Below, piece by piece: positions 45,577 to 56,685 of a stretch of DNA of 64,000 nucleotides. How positions within the stretch are numbered: position 1 is the stretch's first letter; each line of letters starts with the position of its first letter. The notes beneath the pieces were generated by a model. It saw only the letters and a list, made by a program, of their open reading frames with translations, was not told the origin of the DNA and did no database searches. Location: positions 2,016,001 to 2,080,000 of the forward strand of contig OZ244587.1 of NCBI GenBank assembly GCA_965218095.1, written 5' to 3'. Made by a program: the position numbers and the translations under genes. Source of the DNA: Candidatus Poribacteria bacterium (GTDB lineage: Bacteria; Poribacteria; WGA-4E; PCPOR2b).

Positions 45577-46134
45577 ATGCTTCGACGAGATATAAAACTC
45601 AAAGTCGGGGACACCGCCCCTGATTTTACCCTGAAAACTTTAGATGAAAGAGGAACAGTCACGCTATCGGATTCCGAAGGGAAGAAGTCGGTTGTGCTGA
45701 TCTTCGGCAGCTACACGTGATCGCCGTTTCGTGCCCAGGCTGGGACGCTCGAAAAGATGTATCAACGGTATCGAGATGCTGCTGACTTCTACGTGGTTTA
45801 CATTCGCGAGGCACACCCAATTGATGGGTGGTGGATGGCAAGAAATGATAGAGAGGGTATCCTCATTGCACAGCCCAAAACAAAGACAGAATGCTTTGAG
45901 GTTGCACGGCTATCCGCCGAAGCGCTGGAACTTTCAATGCCGATGGTCGTCGATCGTATGGATGACCATGTAGAGAGACATTACGGTGGTTGGCCAGATC
46001 GATTGTATATCGTGGACCGAGACGGTAAGATTGCTTATAAAGGCGATAAAGGGTCAAGGGGATTCAAACCTGCTGAGATGGAAGTTACGCTTCAAAAGTC
46101 GCTCAGCATATCGGAGGACGAAATTCTGGAGTAG
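45577..46134 (+). CDS. Iodothyronine-deiodinase-like / AhpC-TSA selenoprotein
   Basis: LKVGDTAPDFTL..VVLIFGSYT-TGA(45718)-SPFR in frame with VYIREAHPIDGW..YGGWPDRLYIV. Confidence 0.85.
45730..45747 (+). promoter_or_regulatory. Candidate bacterial SECIS
   Basis: CGT-g-CCCA-GGC-TGGG-ACG hairpin; G-initiated loop 17 nt after the UGA. Confidence 0.55.
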
Positions 46135-46454
46135 ACTTTTTTAGTTGAGCAGGAGTTACGCAATTGAACACACGAAGGTTTGTAGTCAGGTGCTCGCATC
46201 CCGATCTATCGGGGCGATTTATCGGCGTCAAAACGAGCAACGTTTGCGCGAACCATGAACTCAGTCAAAATGCGCAATGCGCTACTACGAACCAGGTGTA
46301 TACCCCTAATTTGAGCCTAGCACCTAGGGGCACGGAGTAATGGGGTGAGGGGGCGAGGAGGCGAGTGTATTGAGTTCCCTCGCTCCCACGCTTCCCCGCT
46401 CCCACACATACTCGAAAGCCCAATTCCTTCCATAGGTTTAGAACCTTCGGAAGG

Positions 46455-47246
46455 TTAAATGCTCGGAGAATATACAGCCGTGCCAGGGGAATCGCGTCTT
46501 TCTGCCAGATCATCGCCGAGCGGTATGGCGCTGAATTGATGTTCGATCGTGCGATCCAGCACAGGGTCGTGCAGCCGGGCGAGAAACGTCTCGCCAACCC
46601 CCTTCGCCATTTCCTCCGGCAAGTCGTGTTGCTCCACTGTTTCGGCGACGGAATCCAGAAATGGCGCAGAACCACAATACAAGAACATCGGATCCGCCAA
46701 CAACTTGACCACCTCCATCGCCAGCAGGTATTCAAGATCGACCAGCGCAGACAACGGACAGTCCTGGAGGGATACAGTGTGTCCGCTGACTGTCACCTCG
46801 CTATAGATACGCAGGTTGTCCCAGTGGTCGTGCACCTCGTCGTAGGGCCAGGCGGTGGAAGCGATTGGATGCGGGCACATCTGCTTGGGCTTATCGGGAA
46901 ATAGGGGATCGAGCTCCCGGTCGCATTGGTCACTGCCAACGGAGATAAATATCTCCTCACCGACCCGAATCGCGACAGCCTCCGCCTCACCGCCGGTCAG
47001 CGGCCCTTGAACGTCAAACTCGGCGCTTTGCGTGAGCAGGTAGCGCCCAACGCGGAAAATGGACGGATTGGTTCGCGTCGCCATCGTAAAGTGTGCTTCG
47101 TGTTCCCGCATTTCGTCGAGTTGTTTGCGGGTCCCTTCAACATCACGTGAGGAAAACCGGGCGCCGGCGACAGAGCCGATAGGGAATGCTTGCTGCCCGG
47201 CGCCCGTTTTGCTTTGAATGGTCATATTGATTGGATGTATTTGCAT
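46455..47246 (-). CDS. DUF2848-like protein
   Basis: TGGEAE..VGSDQCDRELD..KQMCP..WPYDEV.DHWD.L. Confidence 0.65.
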   Translation of the reverse strand: MQIHPINMTIQSKTGAGQQAFPIGSVAGARFSSRDVEGTRKQLDEMREHEAHFTMATRTNPSIFRVGRYLLTQSAEFDVQGPLTGGEAEAVAIRVGEEIFISVGSDQCDRELDPLFPDKPKQMCPHPIASTAWPYDEVHDHWDNLRIYSEVTVSGHTVSLQDCPLSALVDLEYLLAMEVVKLLADPMFLYCGSAPFLDSVAETVEQHDLPEEMAKGVGETFLARLHDPVLDRTIEHQFSAIPLGDDLAERRDSPGTAVYSPSI

Positions 47247-47393
47247 GGCTTGAACTCCTTATAGCGATTTAGGATTGAAACTTCCCATCTGACACATCCC
47301 TTTCGCCCTCCTCTTGGTCTGCCTCCAACTTTGGGGGAGATACAGAGAGAGGCTTAAAACGTTCCAAACGGGAAAAACAAGCCTAATCCGGTA

Positions 47394-47795
47394 TTATAGC
47401 GGTGTGAATGCCAGGACAGTTTTCAGGTTTTCGCCCACACCTCGATGCAAAAACCTCATCTTCAACGGCGTTCCAATTTTTATATTTTCAGGGTTAAGCG
47501 CATCAACGCCTTCAATTCGTGCGACAACCCGGGGGCCCTCCGCCAACTCGATAACCCCCGAACAGTATGGATTGTTCCTGTCATATCCTTCTTCAATCAT
47601 AGAAGGCGGACCTATAGCTATGCAGGTGAAGGCAGCGAGTTTACCAATTCCCCGCATCTCTGCCCATTCCATTTCTGAGCGATAGCATGTGATACATACA
47701 GCGCGTGGCGGCACGAAAAGGGCACCACACGCGATGCACCTCGAACCCATCAGTTTTTCTTCATTGAGGAACTGTTCAAACTCGTAATCGCTCAT
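47394..47795 (-). CDS. DUF35 Zn-ribbon/OB-fold protein
   Basis: CIACG..PPRAVCITC, G.LAAFT, ELAEGPRV; follows the thiolase. Confidence 0.9.
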   Translation of the reverse strand: MSDYEFEQFLNEEKLMGSRCIACGALFVPPRAVCITCYRSEMEWAEMRGIGKLAAFTCIAIGPPSMIEEGYDRNNPYCSGVIELAEGPRVVARIEGVDALNPENIKIGTPLKMRFLHRGVGENLKTVLAFTPL

Positions 47796-47814
47796 TGGTC
47801 TTTCTTTCACGGGG

Positions 47815-49080
47815 CTATCTCCTTTCAAGAATGGTGAATGTGCAGGTGCCACCGGTACCTCCCAAATTGTGGGCGGCGCCAATGCGTAAATCCGCGATCG
47901 ATACACCCCTTTTGCCCGCCTTGTTTCGCAGTTGTTCCCATACCTCAATCAATTGTGCTGCGCCAGTCGCCCCCACCGGGTGACCTTTACACTTGAGTCC
48001 CCCGGATGTATTGATTGGCTTGGAACCCTCCAACCGGGTTAAACCCTCCCCTACTGCTTTGTATCCTTCGCCAGGCTTAAAAAAGCCGAGGTCTTCTATG
48101 TGAAGAATCTCCGCAATCGAGAAGCAATCATGCACCTCCGCAAATTGAATATCCTCAGGCGTAAACCCCGACATTTCGTAAGCCTCTTTGGCTGCGTATC
48201 TTGTAGCTTCAAAGTATGTCAAGTCATCGGCGGCATGGAGCCCTCGACCACTCGCCTGTCCAATTCCAGCGACATATAGCGGGTCGTCAGTAAAGTTTTT
48301 GGCGATCTTCTCCCCAACCAACAAGATGCAAGCAGCGCCGTCGCTGATCGGGCAGCAATCAAAAAGGTGTAGTGGCCAGGCGATAACGGGATTGGCTCGC
48401 GGATCATGAAGAAAATCCTTCTCATCGATCCAATCTGGAACCGCGCCCCCCTTGCTTTTTGCTCGTTTAATCTTCGACGCCATCATGTCCCGAATCGAGA
48501 CGTTATACTGGGCTTTCGGGTTCAAGGGTGCATTGTCATGGCTCTTTATGGTGACGTTCATCAGGTGCTCACGCGAGGCGCCATGTTTTTCAAAATAAGC
48601 GGTTGCTATAGCGCCAAACACCCCTGGAAAGGTAAATCCTGCTTTCCGCTCATAGGGGATTGCCGCCAAAGCCAATCCCTCCGCGACCTCCTCGGTGGAA
48701 CCCTTTGACATATCCTCGACCCCACCCACTAAGACCACGTCATAGAAACCCGATGCGATGGCAAAAACACCCTCCCGAAAGGCAAGCGCGCTTGAAGCGC
48801 AGGCACCTTCGGTCCGGGTTGCCGGTTTGGGGACAAGCCCGATTGAATCCGAAAGGATTGCGCCCCAATGCGACTGGTGGGTAAAAAAATCATTTGTGAA
48901 ATTGCCGAGGTACAGCGCATCAATGTCATTCGGATCGACCCCCTTATCGACGGAGGCGATCATTTCATTGAAGGCTTCAACAAACAGATCCTTAGAATCT
49001 CTATTGCTGAACATATCGAATTTCGACATGCCAGCGCCAACCATTGCGACGCCTCTTCCGAGCTTTCGTTTTTTATTCAT
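47815..49080 (-). CDS. Thiolase (SCP2/archaeal-type acetyl-CoA acetyltransferase)
   Basis: EGACASS, DCCPISDGAA, EVHDCF, KGHPVGATG, HNLGG. Confidence 0.93.
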   Translation of the reverse strand: MNKKRKLGRGVAMVGAGMSKFDMFSNRDSKDLFVEAFNEMIASVDKGVDPNDIDALYLGNFTNDFFTHQSHWGAILSDSIGLVPKPATRTEGACASSALAFREGVFAIASGFYDVVLVGGVEDMSKGSTEEVAEGLALAAIPYERKAGFTFPGVFGAIATAYFEKHGASREHLMNVTIKSHDNAPLNPKAQYNVSIRDMMASKIKRAKSKGGAVPDWIDEKDFLHDPRANPVIAWPLHLFDCCPISDGAACILLVGEKIAKNFTDDPLYVAGIGQASGRGLHAADDLTYFEATRYAAKEAYEMSGFTPEDIQFAEVHDCFSIAEILHIEDLGFFKPGEGYKAVGEGLTRLEGSKPINTSGGLKCKGHPVGATGAAQLIEVWEQLRNKAGKRGVSIADLRIGAAHNLGGTGGTCTFTILERR

Positions 49081-49147
49081 TGGAATCTCCTAAATTGGGT
49101 AATGGTCAACGACACCTTAAATGATAAATTTGGGTAGAAATTAGACC

Positions 49148-50056
49148 TTGAGCATATGGGAACCGCCCGCGATGCGTTGGAGGATATAGTTGAAGAGCTC
49201 ACGCTGGGGAATAAGGACGTCCCGCCCTTACCGCCCGGCGAGCCGGATAGACGAGTCGTCGGCAAAGGCAAAGACATTTGCGGCGTTTTCCGATTCACTC
49301 GTATCCGGCACAGGCTTTCGGATTGGTGGGTGGATGCCTGCTCGCCAAATAGATCAACGAATGCACACAGATTAAGACGGATATGAACGTTGCAGACAGC
49401 GCACCAAGGTTGACGGACGCAAACCTCATGAAATCCCCGCTGCTCTTCAGGGACATGACCCCGCTCTCGTCACGACAAGGAGACTTCTGGGTTACGAATA
49501 TACGCCCGACAGCAAGCTGGATAACCAGTTTTCTGAAGCGGAGGTGGCTGCCTTACGAAAATACCTCGTCGAAAGAGGTGGTCTTCTTCTCTTTGACGAT
49601 TGTGGAGTGAATGCCCCCGTACAAGCAATGGTTCGCCTGTTCCTGGCTCAGATGCGGCGCGTGATGCCGGAAAATCAGATTGAGCGAATACCGAACAGCC
49701 ATGAGATTTACTATAACTTTTACGTGATGGGTGGTCCCCCGACGGGATTCGATGTTTATTGGTGGGGGACGCATCCACCGAAACGGAATTTTCTCGAAGG
49801 TATCTCCGTTGGTAACAAACTGTCTGTCCTCATCGTCCGTCGTGACTACCTATGTGCAATGAGAACTGTTGGCGTCCCCGGCTATCCTGTCCATTACTGC
49901 CCCGGCGTTTACCGCTTCATGACCAACGTCGCAATCTACGCCCTGACACACGGCGCAATCGCGGATTACTCCGGTTATATCCCTGATAATCGCTTGATAG
50001 ACCGTGGTCTTCCGGCGAGTGCTCCACAATCTGTGAAAATCAAGGCTGTTGAATAG
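49148..50056 (+). pseudogene. DUF4159-domain protein, C-terminal half, frameshifted
   Basis: FRFTRIRH.LSDWW; LRKYLVERGGLLLFDDCG; IPNSHEIY..FY; NVAIYALTH. Confidence 0.7.
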
Positions 50057-50080
50057 CGTAATTTCACATCGGTGAGAGCC

Positions 50081-50785
50081 CTAGAACTTGGCTTTATGTG
50101 CGAGATAAGATGCTTCCATCTGGTTATTTGCTGTGAGCGTCTGCTCGATTTGTTCACTCAGGCTATTCAGACTTGAGCCCGGTATAGCGACGAGCATACG
50201 ATCTGCCGGGATTTCCGTGAACGTGCGCATCCCCATGCAGCCCAGCGACTGGCTTAACTCACCCCGTGCGACAGCCGAGGGAAGTACCCCACAGGCGGGT
50301 CTGCCGAACAGCGCATTCTGCGGACTGTCTTTCCAAGCTGTCGTGCCGGCGGCTTCTTGAAGCATCATCGCTTGGACGGCAGTTGTCCAGAGAATAGTGA
50401 CATCGGGCTCAAGTGGGAAACTGGCTAGAGGGCCATATACAACCCCTGGCGCCCGCCGATCAAATCTGGGAATATGAGACACTTCCTCCTCTCGGATATA
50501 CGCAATCTCACACATTTGACCGACCAAGCTCATCAACTCATCGTGCTTATCTTCGGTGAATTCAAAGCCCATGACCATTGCGCCGATTGGACAGTTTGTA
50601 TGTGCCTCGGCGCTGGCGTAGAACACCCCTTGTTCGGCACGGCGCCACAGGGCGCAGGCCGAAGGCACCTGCTCCTCCAGATGAGGAATGCCAGTCGGGG
50701 CTTTGTTTACCAAGGCAAGCGCCACAGGGGGCAGATCCAGCCCCAGGCGCTTCTGTAACATTGATGCGATTTGACTATATTTCAC
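50081..50785 (-). CDS. DUF169 protein
   Basis: LGLDLPPVAL, ACALW, NCPIG, YGPL..EPDV, PACG, SLGCMGMR. Confidence 0.85.
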   Translation of the reverse strand: MKYSQIASMLQKRLGLDLPPVALALVNKAPTGIPHLEEQVPSACALWRRAEQGVFYASAEAHTNCPIGAMVMGFEFTEDKHDELMSLVGQMCEIAYIREEEVSHIPRFDRRAPGVVYGPLASFPLEPDVTILWTTAVQAMMLQEAAGTTAWKDSPQNALFGRPACGVLPSAVARGELSQSLGCMGMRTFTEIPADRMLVAIPGSSLNSLSEQIEQTLTANNQMEASYLAHKAKF

Positions 50786-50840
50786 TGTATAATCCTCCTG
50801 TCTGTTACTTTCTGTGGTTCATGGCTAGACATAAATGGCT

Positions 50841-52130
50841 TTAATGGCTTCCCTTCTGAAGGTTACTAACCAGATCTGCTGTCTTCGCAACAATCAGATC
50901 CTCGATCTCCTTCGCAAACGGGGCGAGACGCAAGAAGTAGAAGTGTGAACCATCCACCTCGTATCCTCCTAAATCATAAGTCTTCTTGCTTGGCACATAA
51001 GCAATCAAGCCGTTGCTATACGCGACCGTAATCGTCGTCGCGGGCTGGAGCGCGTTTTTGATATGCATGCCGATCTCGGTCAAGACCTCGCCGCCGAGAA
51101 ATACCGCCCGCAGACCTTCATTAAATTGCACCATCTGAATCTCTTGTGGACAACTGCTGGGCAATCCGCCTACCTCAAATAGCTTGAGCATTTCTGATGC
51201 CCAATATTTGACGAGCGGATTGGTGTGGTTTTCTGCCTGATCACAGAGTGTAGCATCATCAGGCAGATCAGCATAAGGCAGATGATGAAACTCGCTTGTG
51301 ACACACAACTCCTCGGCATTAACTGGAATTGAATTCTGCTGAGATTGTATCACCTCGTTAGCTATTTTCCCCGATGCAGCTTCCAGTTCTTCGAGGGACG
51401 GCGTGTTGAAACCATTGTTTTCCCCTTTGAACCACGGACGAATGTTCCCTGCACAGCCGGTTGCGAAAAACGCCGGCGCTTCGGTCTGTGCACTTAATGC
51501 CCGGCATAGAAAGCTGGGGTAATCTCCACCGATCAGGTATCCGCCCCGGCTTGTTGGGTGACACCCGAAAATCGTCAGGCTGCCGATGGGTTGCCCTTCG
51601 GCATTTCTAAACCAGAGCGTGTCTAGATTTCGATCCATTGGTCCATCCGGATTCGGCGCAAATCGGACGCCACCCTCTCCATCAGGCAAACGGCGGTTGA
51701 CACCAAATTCAGATGTTCCCCGCGAAAACGCCACCTCCCCTTCGATCTGCCGATTTTTCGCTGAAACCGCAACTTGAACAAGCCGGTCTTCCAGAAATTC
51801 CGCATACCCCGCCTCGACCTCACCCGGCATCGCCATCGGATAGAAAAACGGAGCGCAATGCGTGTGTGTCGCCGTCAAAACGATCTGATGAGGTAGCAAC
51901 CCGGTGGATTCCGCAATTCGACTCTTTGCCGCCGCTGCGTAGGCGAGGTCGTAGCCGATGAGATCTGCGGTCAAGATTAATACCTCGTCTGCCCCATCGG
52001 CAATGGAAATCGCGCCCGTGGTGAGCAACTGGTAGACGCCTTCCGATTTGTGATCGCGAGAACCATAACCTGTTAACCAGACGGGTTCCTGGGGAGTTAT
52101 ATCAATGCTAGCAATACCAATCTTTGTCAT
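50841..52130 (-). CDS. Neutral/alkaline ceramidase N-terminal-like hydrolase
   Basis: DITP..LTGYGSR, ATHTHCAP, GVNRR, GCHPT, GDYP, GGYE. Confidence 0.8.
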   Translation of the reverse strand: MTKIGIASIDITPQEPVWLTGYGSRDHKSEGVYQLLTTGAISIADGADEVLILTADLIGYDLAYAAAAKSRIAESTGLLPHQIVLTATHTHCAPFFYPMAMPGEVEAGYAEFLEDRLVQVAVSAKNRQIEGEVAFSRGTSEFGVNRRLPDGEGGVRFAPNPDGPMDRNLDTLWFRNAEGQPIGSLTIFGCHPTSRGGYLIGGDYPSFLCRALSAQTEAPAFFATGCAGNIRPWFKGENNGFNTPSLEELEAASGKIANEVIQSQQNSIPVNAEELCVTSEFHHLPYADLPDDATLCDQAENHTNPLVKYWASEMLKLFEVGGLPSSCPQEIQMVQFNEGLRAVFLGGEVLTEIGMHIKNALQPATTITVAYSNGLIAYVPSKKTYDLGGYEVDGSHFYFLRLAPFAKEIEDLIVAKTADLVSNLQKGSH

Positions 52131-52502
52131 GGATTCCCTCGTTTTATTGAACTCCTAGTCCTATATTGTCGTGACATGTTGATTCCATTGAATACCAGTA
52201 TGCAAAACATACAGAATATAGTTGAATATCTTGTAGAAGGAGAGCTTTGGCTTTGGGCCTTTTGCTCATTTCTTTAAATGTGGCAAGATATAGCGGTTAA
52301 ACTTCTTAGGGGAAACCTGCTTGGGAATACTATTGTATCTCGGTTGTTTTTGATCTTCGTGTTCCGCACTCCTTTCATAAAGTGAAAGAGTATCCGAAAC
52401 GGAAATTTGGGGACATAAATTATTTCCCCTCCTTTCTCTATTTTACCACACCTTTATATTTTACTCAATATGACTTCTATGATTAACCTACGCCATTTAC
52501 TA

Positions 52503-53354
52503 GGTTCTGTTGACATTTGAGTATAAGGTTGTGGCATAATAGAAGAATGACGCCAATAACCTTACCTGATGAACAATGGAATAAGATATACCGGTTTCTT
52601 CTAAGCTGTCCCACCATCTATGTTGGCGACGAAGCTGCTACACGCCGCTTCGTCGAAGCCGTCCTGTGGGTGACTCGTAGCAGCGCTCAATGGAGACTTC
52701 TACCAGACACCTATGGCAAATCGAACACCCGCTACAAGCGGTTTGCTCGATGGTGCGACAAAGGTATCTTCACACAGATGCACCACCACTTCGCCTCTGA
52801 CCCCGATATCGAGTCGCTTATTGTGGACAGTACCATCTGCCGCGCTCACCCGTCTGCGGCGGGCGCCTTAAAAAGCTGGCGCCTTAAAAAAAACGGTGGC
52901 ACTGAAAACCAAGCATTAGGTCGCTCTCGGGGCGGTTTCAGTACAAAAATTCACATCACCGTTGACGGACTAGGCAATTCCCTAAGAATTCATCTGACAC
53001 CCGGTCAGAGACATGACATAACTGAGGCGGAAGGGTTGATAATCGGATATAACAGTGAATATGTGATTGGAGACAAGGGGTACGATTCGGACGCTTTTAT
53101 CGCCGTTATTGAGGCGAATGGAGCGATTGCGGTGATACCGCCCAAAAGTCATCGTGTTGACCAAAGAACGTATGACAAACACTTATACAAAGAGAGGCAT
53201 CTACAAAGAGAGACATCGGGTTGAATGTTTCATTAACAAGATAAAATGGTATCGTCGTATCTTCTCTCGGTTTGAGAAGCTAGCTGTCCGTTATTTTGGA
53301 TTTCTCAGCTTTGTCGCCACTCTTATATGGCTCCGTTGAAATGTCAACAGAACC
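52503..53354 (+). mobile_element. IS5-family element, copy 4
   Basis: Same TIRs, inserted at CTAG; orfA/orfB fused; frameshift near the C-terminus. Confidence 0.93.
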
Positions 53355-53504
53355 TAGCGTGAAAAGTTTCAACCGGTTCTATAAGTGATTTCTGGCAGAT
53401 TCTGTCGCGCTATCATTTGGCCAGATCTGTCGAATTTGGAAATTCGTTTACTCATTTTACCATAATCGACAACATCGGACAAGCACGAAACACACATTGG
53501 ATAT

Positions 53505-53533
53505 TGGACAGAAGACGGAAAATCGGGTATACT
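53505..53533 (+). promoter_or_regulatory. sigma70-like promoter for leuC
   Basis: TGGACA-17 nt-TATACT. Confidence 0.5.
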
Positions 53534-53737
53534 AAATGGGGTGAAAATTCAGACAAATTTTGCAAGCTATTGAGGATGTATTGATTAAGATGATGGTTTA
53601 CAGTTGAAAAAGTATGAAAAAGGAAACAGAGGCGGCCGGATCGCCCGTCGTTATTCGGCGCGACCCCTGTGTTTTATGCATCTCTGTGATGAAAGAAGTG
53701 TAAACTATTTTGCTCACTAATACATGAGGAGAAATAG

Positions 53738-55141
53738 ATGAACTCAAAAACAATGTTTGAAAAAATTTGGGACGCGCATGTTATCCACGAGGCACCGGGT
53801 CAAACGACGATTCTTTATATCAACGCGCATCTCGTTCACGAGATTACTTCTGCACAAGCCTTTGAGGGACTACGCCTTGCTAGACAACAGGTGCGCCGTC
53901 CGGATCTGACGTTTGCCACCATGGACCACAACGTTCCAACAACGGATCGGTCGCTCCCAATTAAAGATCAGATCGCCGCAAAGCAGATGGAGATGTTAGC
54001 CAGCAATTGCGCTGAGTTTGGCATCACACTGTATGATCTGCACAGCCCCAATCAGGGCATTGTCCATGTGATTGGACCGGAGTTGGGCATCACCCAACCG
54101 GGGCGGACGATTGTGTGCGGCGATAGCCACACTTCGACGCATGGCGCGCTCGGGGCACTTGCCATCGGTATCGGGACGAGTGAAGTCGAACATGTGCTGG
54201 CGACGCAGTGTCTCTTGCAGCAACGTCCCCGAACTTTTCAGATTCAGATCGATGGACAACTGGAGCGTGGCGTCACAGCAAAAGACATCATTCTGGGGAT
54301 TATCGGCAGAATCGGGATAGCTGGCGGGACCGGAACGGTGGTTGAATACACAGGCTCAACCATTCGAGCGTTGAGTGTTGAAGAGCGAATGACGGTCTGC
54401 AATATGTCCATTGAAGGGGGTGCCCGCGCTGGCATGATTGCCCCCGACGACAAGACTTACGAATACTTGGCAGGACGTGAATTCAGCCCACAAGGTAAGG
54501 CGTTTGATCTTGCTGTGGAGCGATGGAAAAAACTGCCGACGGACGAGGGCGCAGAATACGACAAATCGATTTCCATTGACGCCCTAACGCTCGCGCCGCA
54601 GGTGACATGGGGAACGAATCCGGGGATGGTGGATGATGTGACAGGCAGTGTGCCTGATCCGGAGAAAATGCCCACGCAGAATCAGAAAGAGGCAACTAAA
54701 CGGGCGTTAGAATATATGGCGCTGAAACCCGGAACACGGATAGAAGATATTCAGATTGATAAAGTGTTCATTGGTAGTTGCACCAACTCTCGCATCGACG
54801 ATCTCCGCAGCGCCGCCGAAGTCGCTAGAGGACGCAGGGTTGACCCAACGGTTAATGCGCTTGTCGTGCCGGGGTCGCAGGCGGTTAAGCGGCAGGCGGA
54901 AGCCGAAGGCTTAGATGAAATTTTCCGTTCCGCCGGCTTTGAATGGCGAGAAGCAGGCTGTAGTATGTGCCTCGGCATGAATCCAGATATTCTGATGCCC
55001 GGCCAACGATGCGCAAGCACATCAAACCGAAACTTTGAGGGCAGGCAGGGCAAAGGTGGGCGGACGCATCTCGTGAGCCCGCAGATGGCTGCGGCGGCTG
55101 CAATCGCAGGGCATTTCGTGGACATCCGGACGTGGGAATAA
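53738..55141 (+). CDS. leuC: 3-isopropylmalate dehydratase large subunit
   Basis: [46 protein letters not shown]. Confidence 0.98.
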   Translation: MNSKTMFEKIWDAHVIHEAPGQTTILYINAHLVHEITSAQAFEGLRLARQQVRRPDLTFATMDHNVPTTDRSLPIKDQIAAKQMEMLASNCAEFGITLYDLHSPNQGIVHVIGPELGITQPGRTIVCGDSHTSTHGALGALAIGIGTSEVEHVLATQCLLQQRPRTFQIQIDGQLERGVTAKDIILGIIGRIGIAGGTGTVVEYTGSTIRALSVEERMTVCNMSIEGGARAGMIAPDDKTYEYLAGREFSPQGKAFDLAVERWKKLPTDEGAEYDKSISIDALTLAPQVTWGTNPGMVDDVTGSVPDPEKMPTQNQKEATKRALEYMALKPGTRIEDIQIDKVFIGSCTNSRIDDLRSAAEVARGRRVDPTVNALVVPGSQAVKRQAEAEGLDEIFRSAGFEWREAGCSMCLGMNPDILMPGQRCASTSNRNFEGRQGKGGRTHLVSPQMAAAAAIAGHFVDIRTWE

Positions 55142-55543
55142 AACGTGAATGCGTAAAAGACGAAACTACGGCGAGTATGCTTATCTCCCAAAAGGAGACC
55201 ACCCATGGGTATCTGGGCAGGTTATTTCGGTCTCGGCGTCCATCATACCAAAGGGGAACCGGCGACGCAGAGTAACGGTCAGCGCCGGCTTTGACGAAGA
55301 GGCAGGTTCTTCAGCGTCAATCAATCCCTCTGGATAGACGCTGACCTCGATCCCTGATTCATTTGGGTTCCACGGAGCATATACGGCGCAAGTCGGGGAA
55401 ATTTTGTGGTGTGCCTCAGATCCGCGTATGTTGATTCAACTTCCCGGTGTCTCTAACCAGTTAGATCCTGCGGCGCCGCACGGTTATCTTTTCAGGCATA
55501 AAATCTACCATTTCACATCGCATACACAAAGGAGAAAAAAATT

Positions 55544-56134
55544 ATGGAAGCATTCAAAGAGCACGTAGGACTTGCAGTGCCGCTTAATCGGATTAATGTG
55601 GACACCGATCAGATTATACCCAAACAGTTCCTCAAACGGATCGAACGCACCGGTTTTGGAGCGTTCCTTTTCTACGATTGGCGTCTGCTGGATAATGGCG
55701 AGCCCAATCCAGACTTTGTTCTGAATGAACCGCGTTATCAGGAAGCAAGCATCCTTGTTGCGGGGATGAACTTCGGATGTGGAAGCTCTCGCGAACACGC
55801 CCCTTGGGCACTGCAAGATTACGGTTTCAAGGCGATTATCGCTCCATCGTTCGCAGATATCTTCCGCAATAACTGTTATAAGAATGGCATCCTGCCGGTC
55901 ATTTTACCCGAAGGTGTCGTGGCAGACTTATTCAAGCAAATTGAATCACAGGAGGAATACAGGTTGATGATCGATCTGGAAGCACAGCAGGTGATTCAAC
56001 CTGATGGCACATCGCATTCGTTCGAGATTGGCGATTTTGAGAAACAGTGTCTGTTGAATGGGCTGGATGAGATTGGTTGGACGTTGCAGTTTGAAGCGCA
56101 AATTGCGGCGTATGAAAGCCGGATGGGAGGGTAA
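55544..56134 (+). CDS. leuD: 3-isopropylmalate dehydratase small subunit
   Basis: [34 protein letters not shown]. Confidence 0.98.
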   Translation: MEAFKEHVGLAVPLNRINVDTDQIIPKQFLKRIERTGFGAFLFYDWRLLDNGEPNPDFVLNEPRYQEASILVAGMNFGCGSSREHAPWALQDYGFKAIIAPSFADIFRNNCYKNGILPVILPEGVVADLFKQIESQEEYRLMIDLEAQQVIQPDGTSHSFEIGDFEKQCLLNGLDEIGWTLQFEAQIAAYESRMGG

Positions 56135-56203
56135 ATTTTTCAATGAAGACCTACCAGACTTCAAAAACCTGTCAGGCCTACTATAGACTTTACAGGTCAC
56201 GTC

Positions 56204-56569
56204 TCACGCTTCATTTTGATCTGGGAATAAGTGAAAATCAAATTCCTTTCGTTGACTGCTCTGCACCAACTCCAACATCTGCTGACACCGACGCATCTGT
56301 CCAAGGAGTGATTTGAGATTGACCCCCAAATGCCGCTCTCCGAAGCCCTCCAGCTTTTCGCAGCCCTTCTTCCATTGGCTCTCCGTGCCCAGATGATTTC
56401 TGTTCAGAAGATGAAAGCATCCGACGCTCAGTTGGAGAAGCCCCTGATAAAAGGGACGGTCCGGACCGACCTCGAATAGCCACACATCTTCTAAAGTTTC
56501 GTGGCACTCGAAATAATCACCATCATTGAATTCTTGAACCTCCTTTTTGAGGGTTGCTTGTTTGTCCAT
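56204..56569 (-). CDS. DUF309 protein
   Basis: FN.GDYFECHETLEDVW..YQGLLQ. Confidence 0.88.
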   Translation of the reverse strand: MDKQATLKKEVQEFNDGDYFECHETLEDVWLFEVGPDRPFYQGLLQLSVGCFHLLNRNHLGTESQWKKGCEKLEGFGERHLGVNLKSLLGQMRRCQQMLELVQSSQRKEFDFHLFPDQNEA

Positions 56570-56685
56570 CGTTGTTTAAGTAACGCATGTCTCCGACTTG
56601 AGCCTGATCCGATCACAAGTCAGGTGCTACTGAGCCTTCGTCTGAAATTCGCCAAAGTCAATCTAAAAGGCCGCGGAAAGATTCC

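Noticed and set aside
41841-49159. Recombinase-driven invertible switch
   Set aside because: Only 7-nt microhomology, no invertase nearby and both gene halves are decayed; treated as a one-off inversion.
53614-53703. Leucine attenuator peptide before leuC
   Set aside because: The short ORF MKKETEAAGSPVVIRRDPCVLCISVMKEV has a single Leu and no clear terminator.
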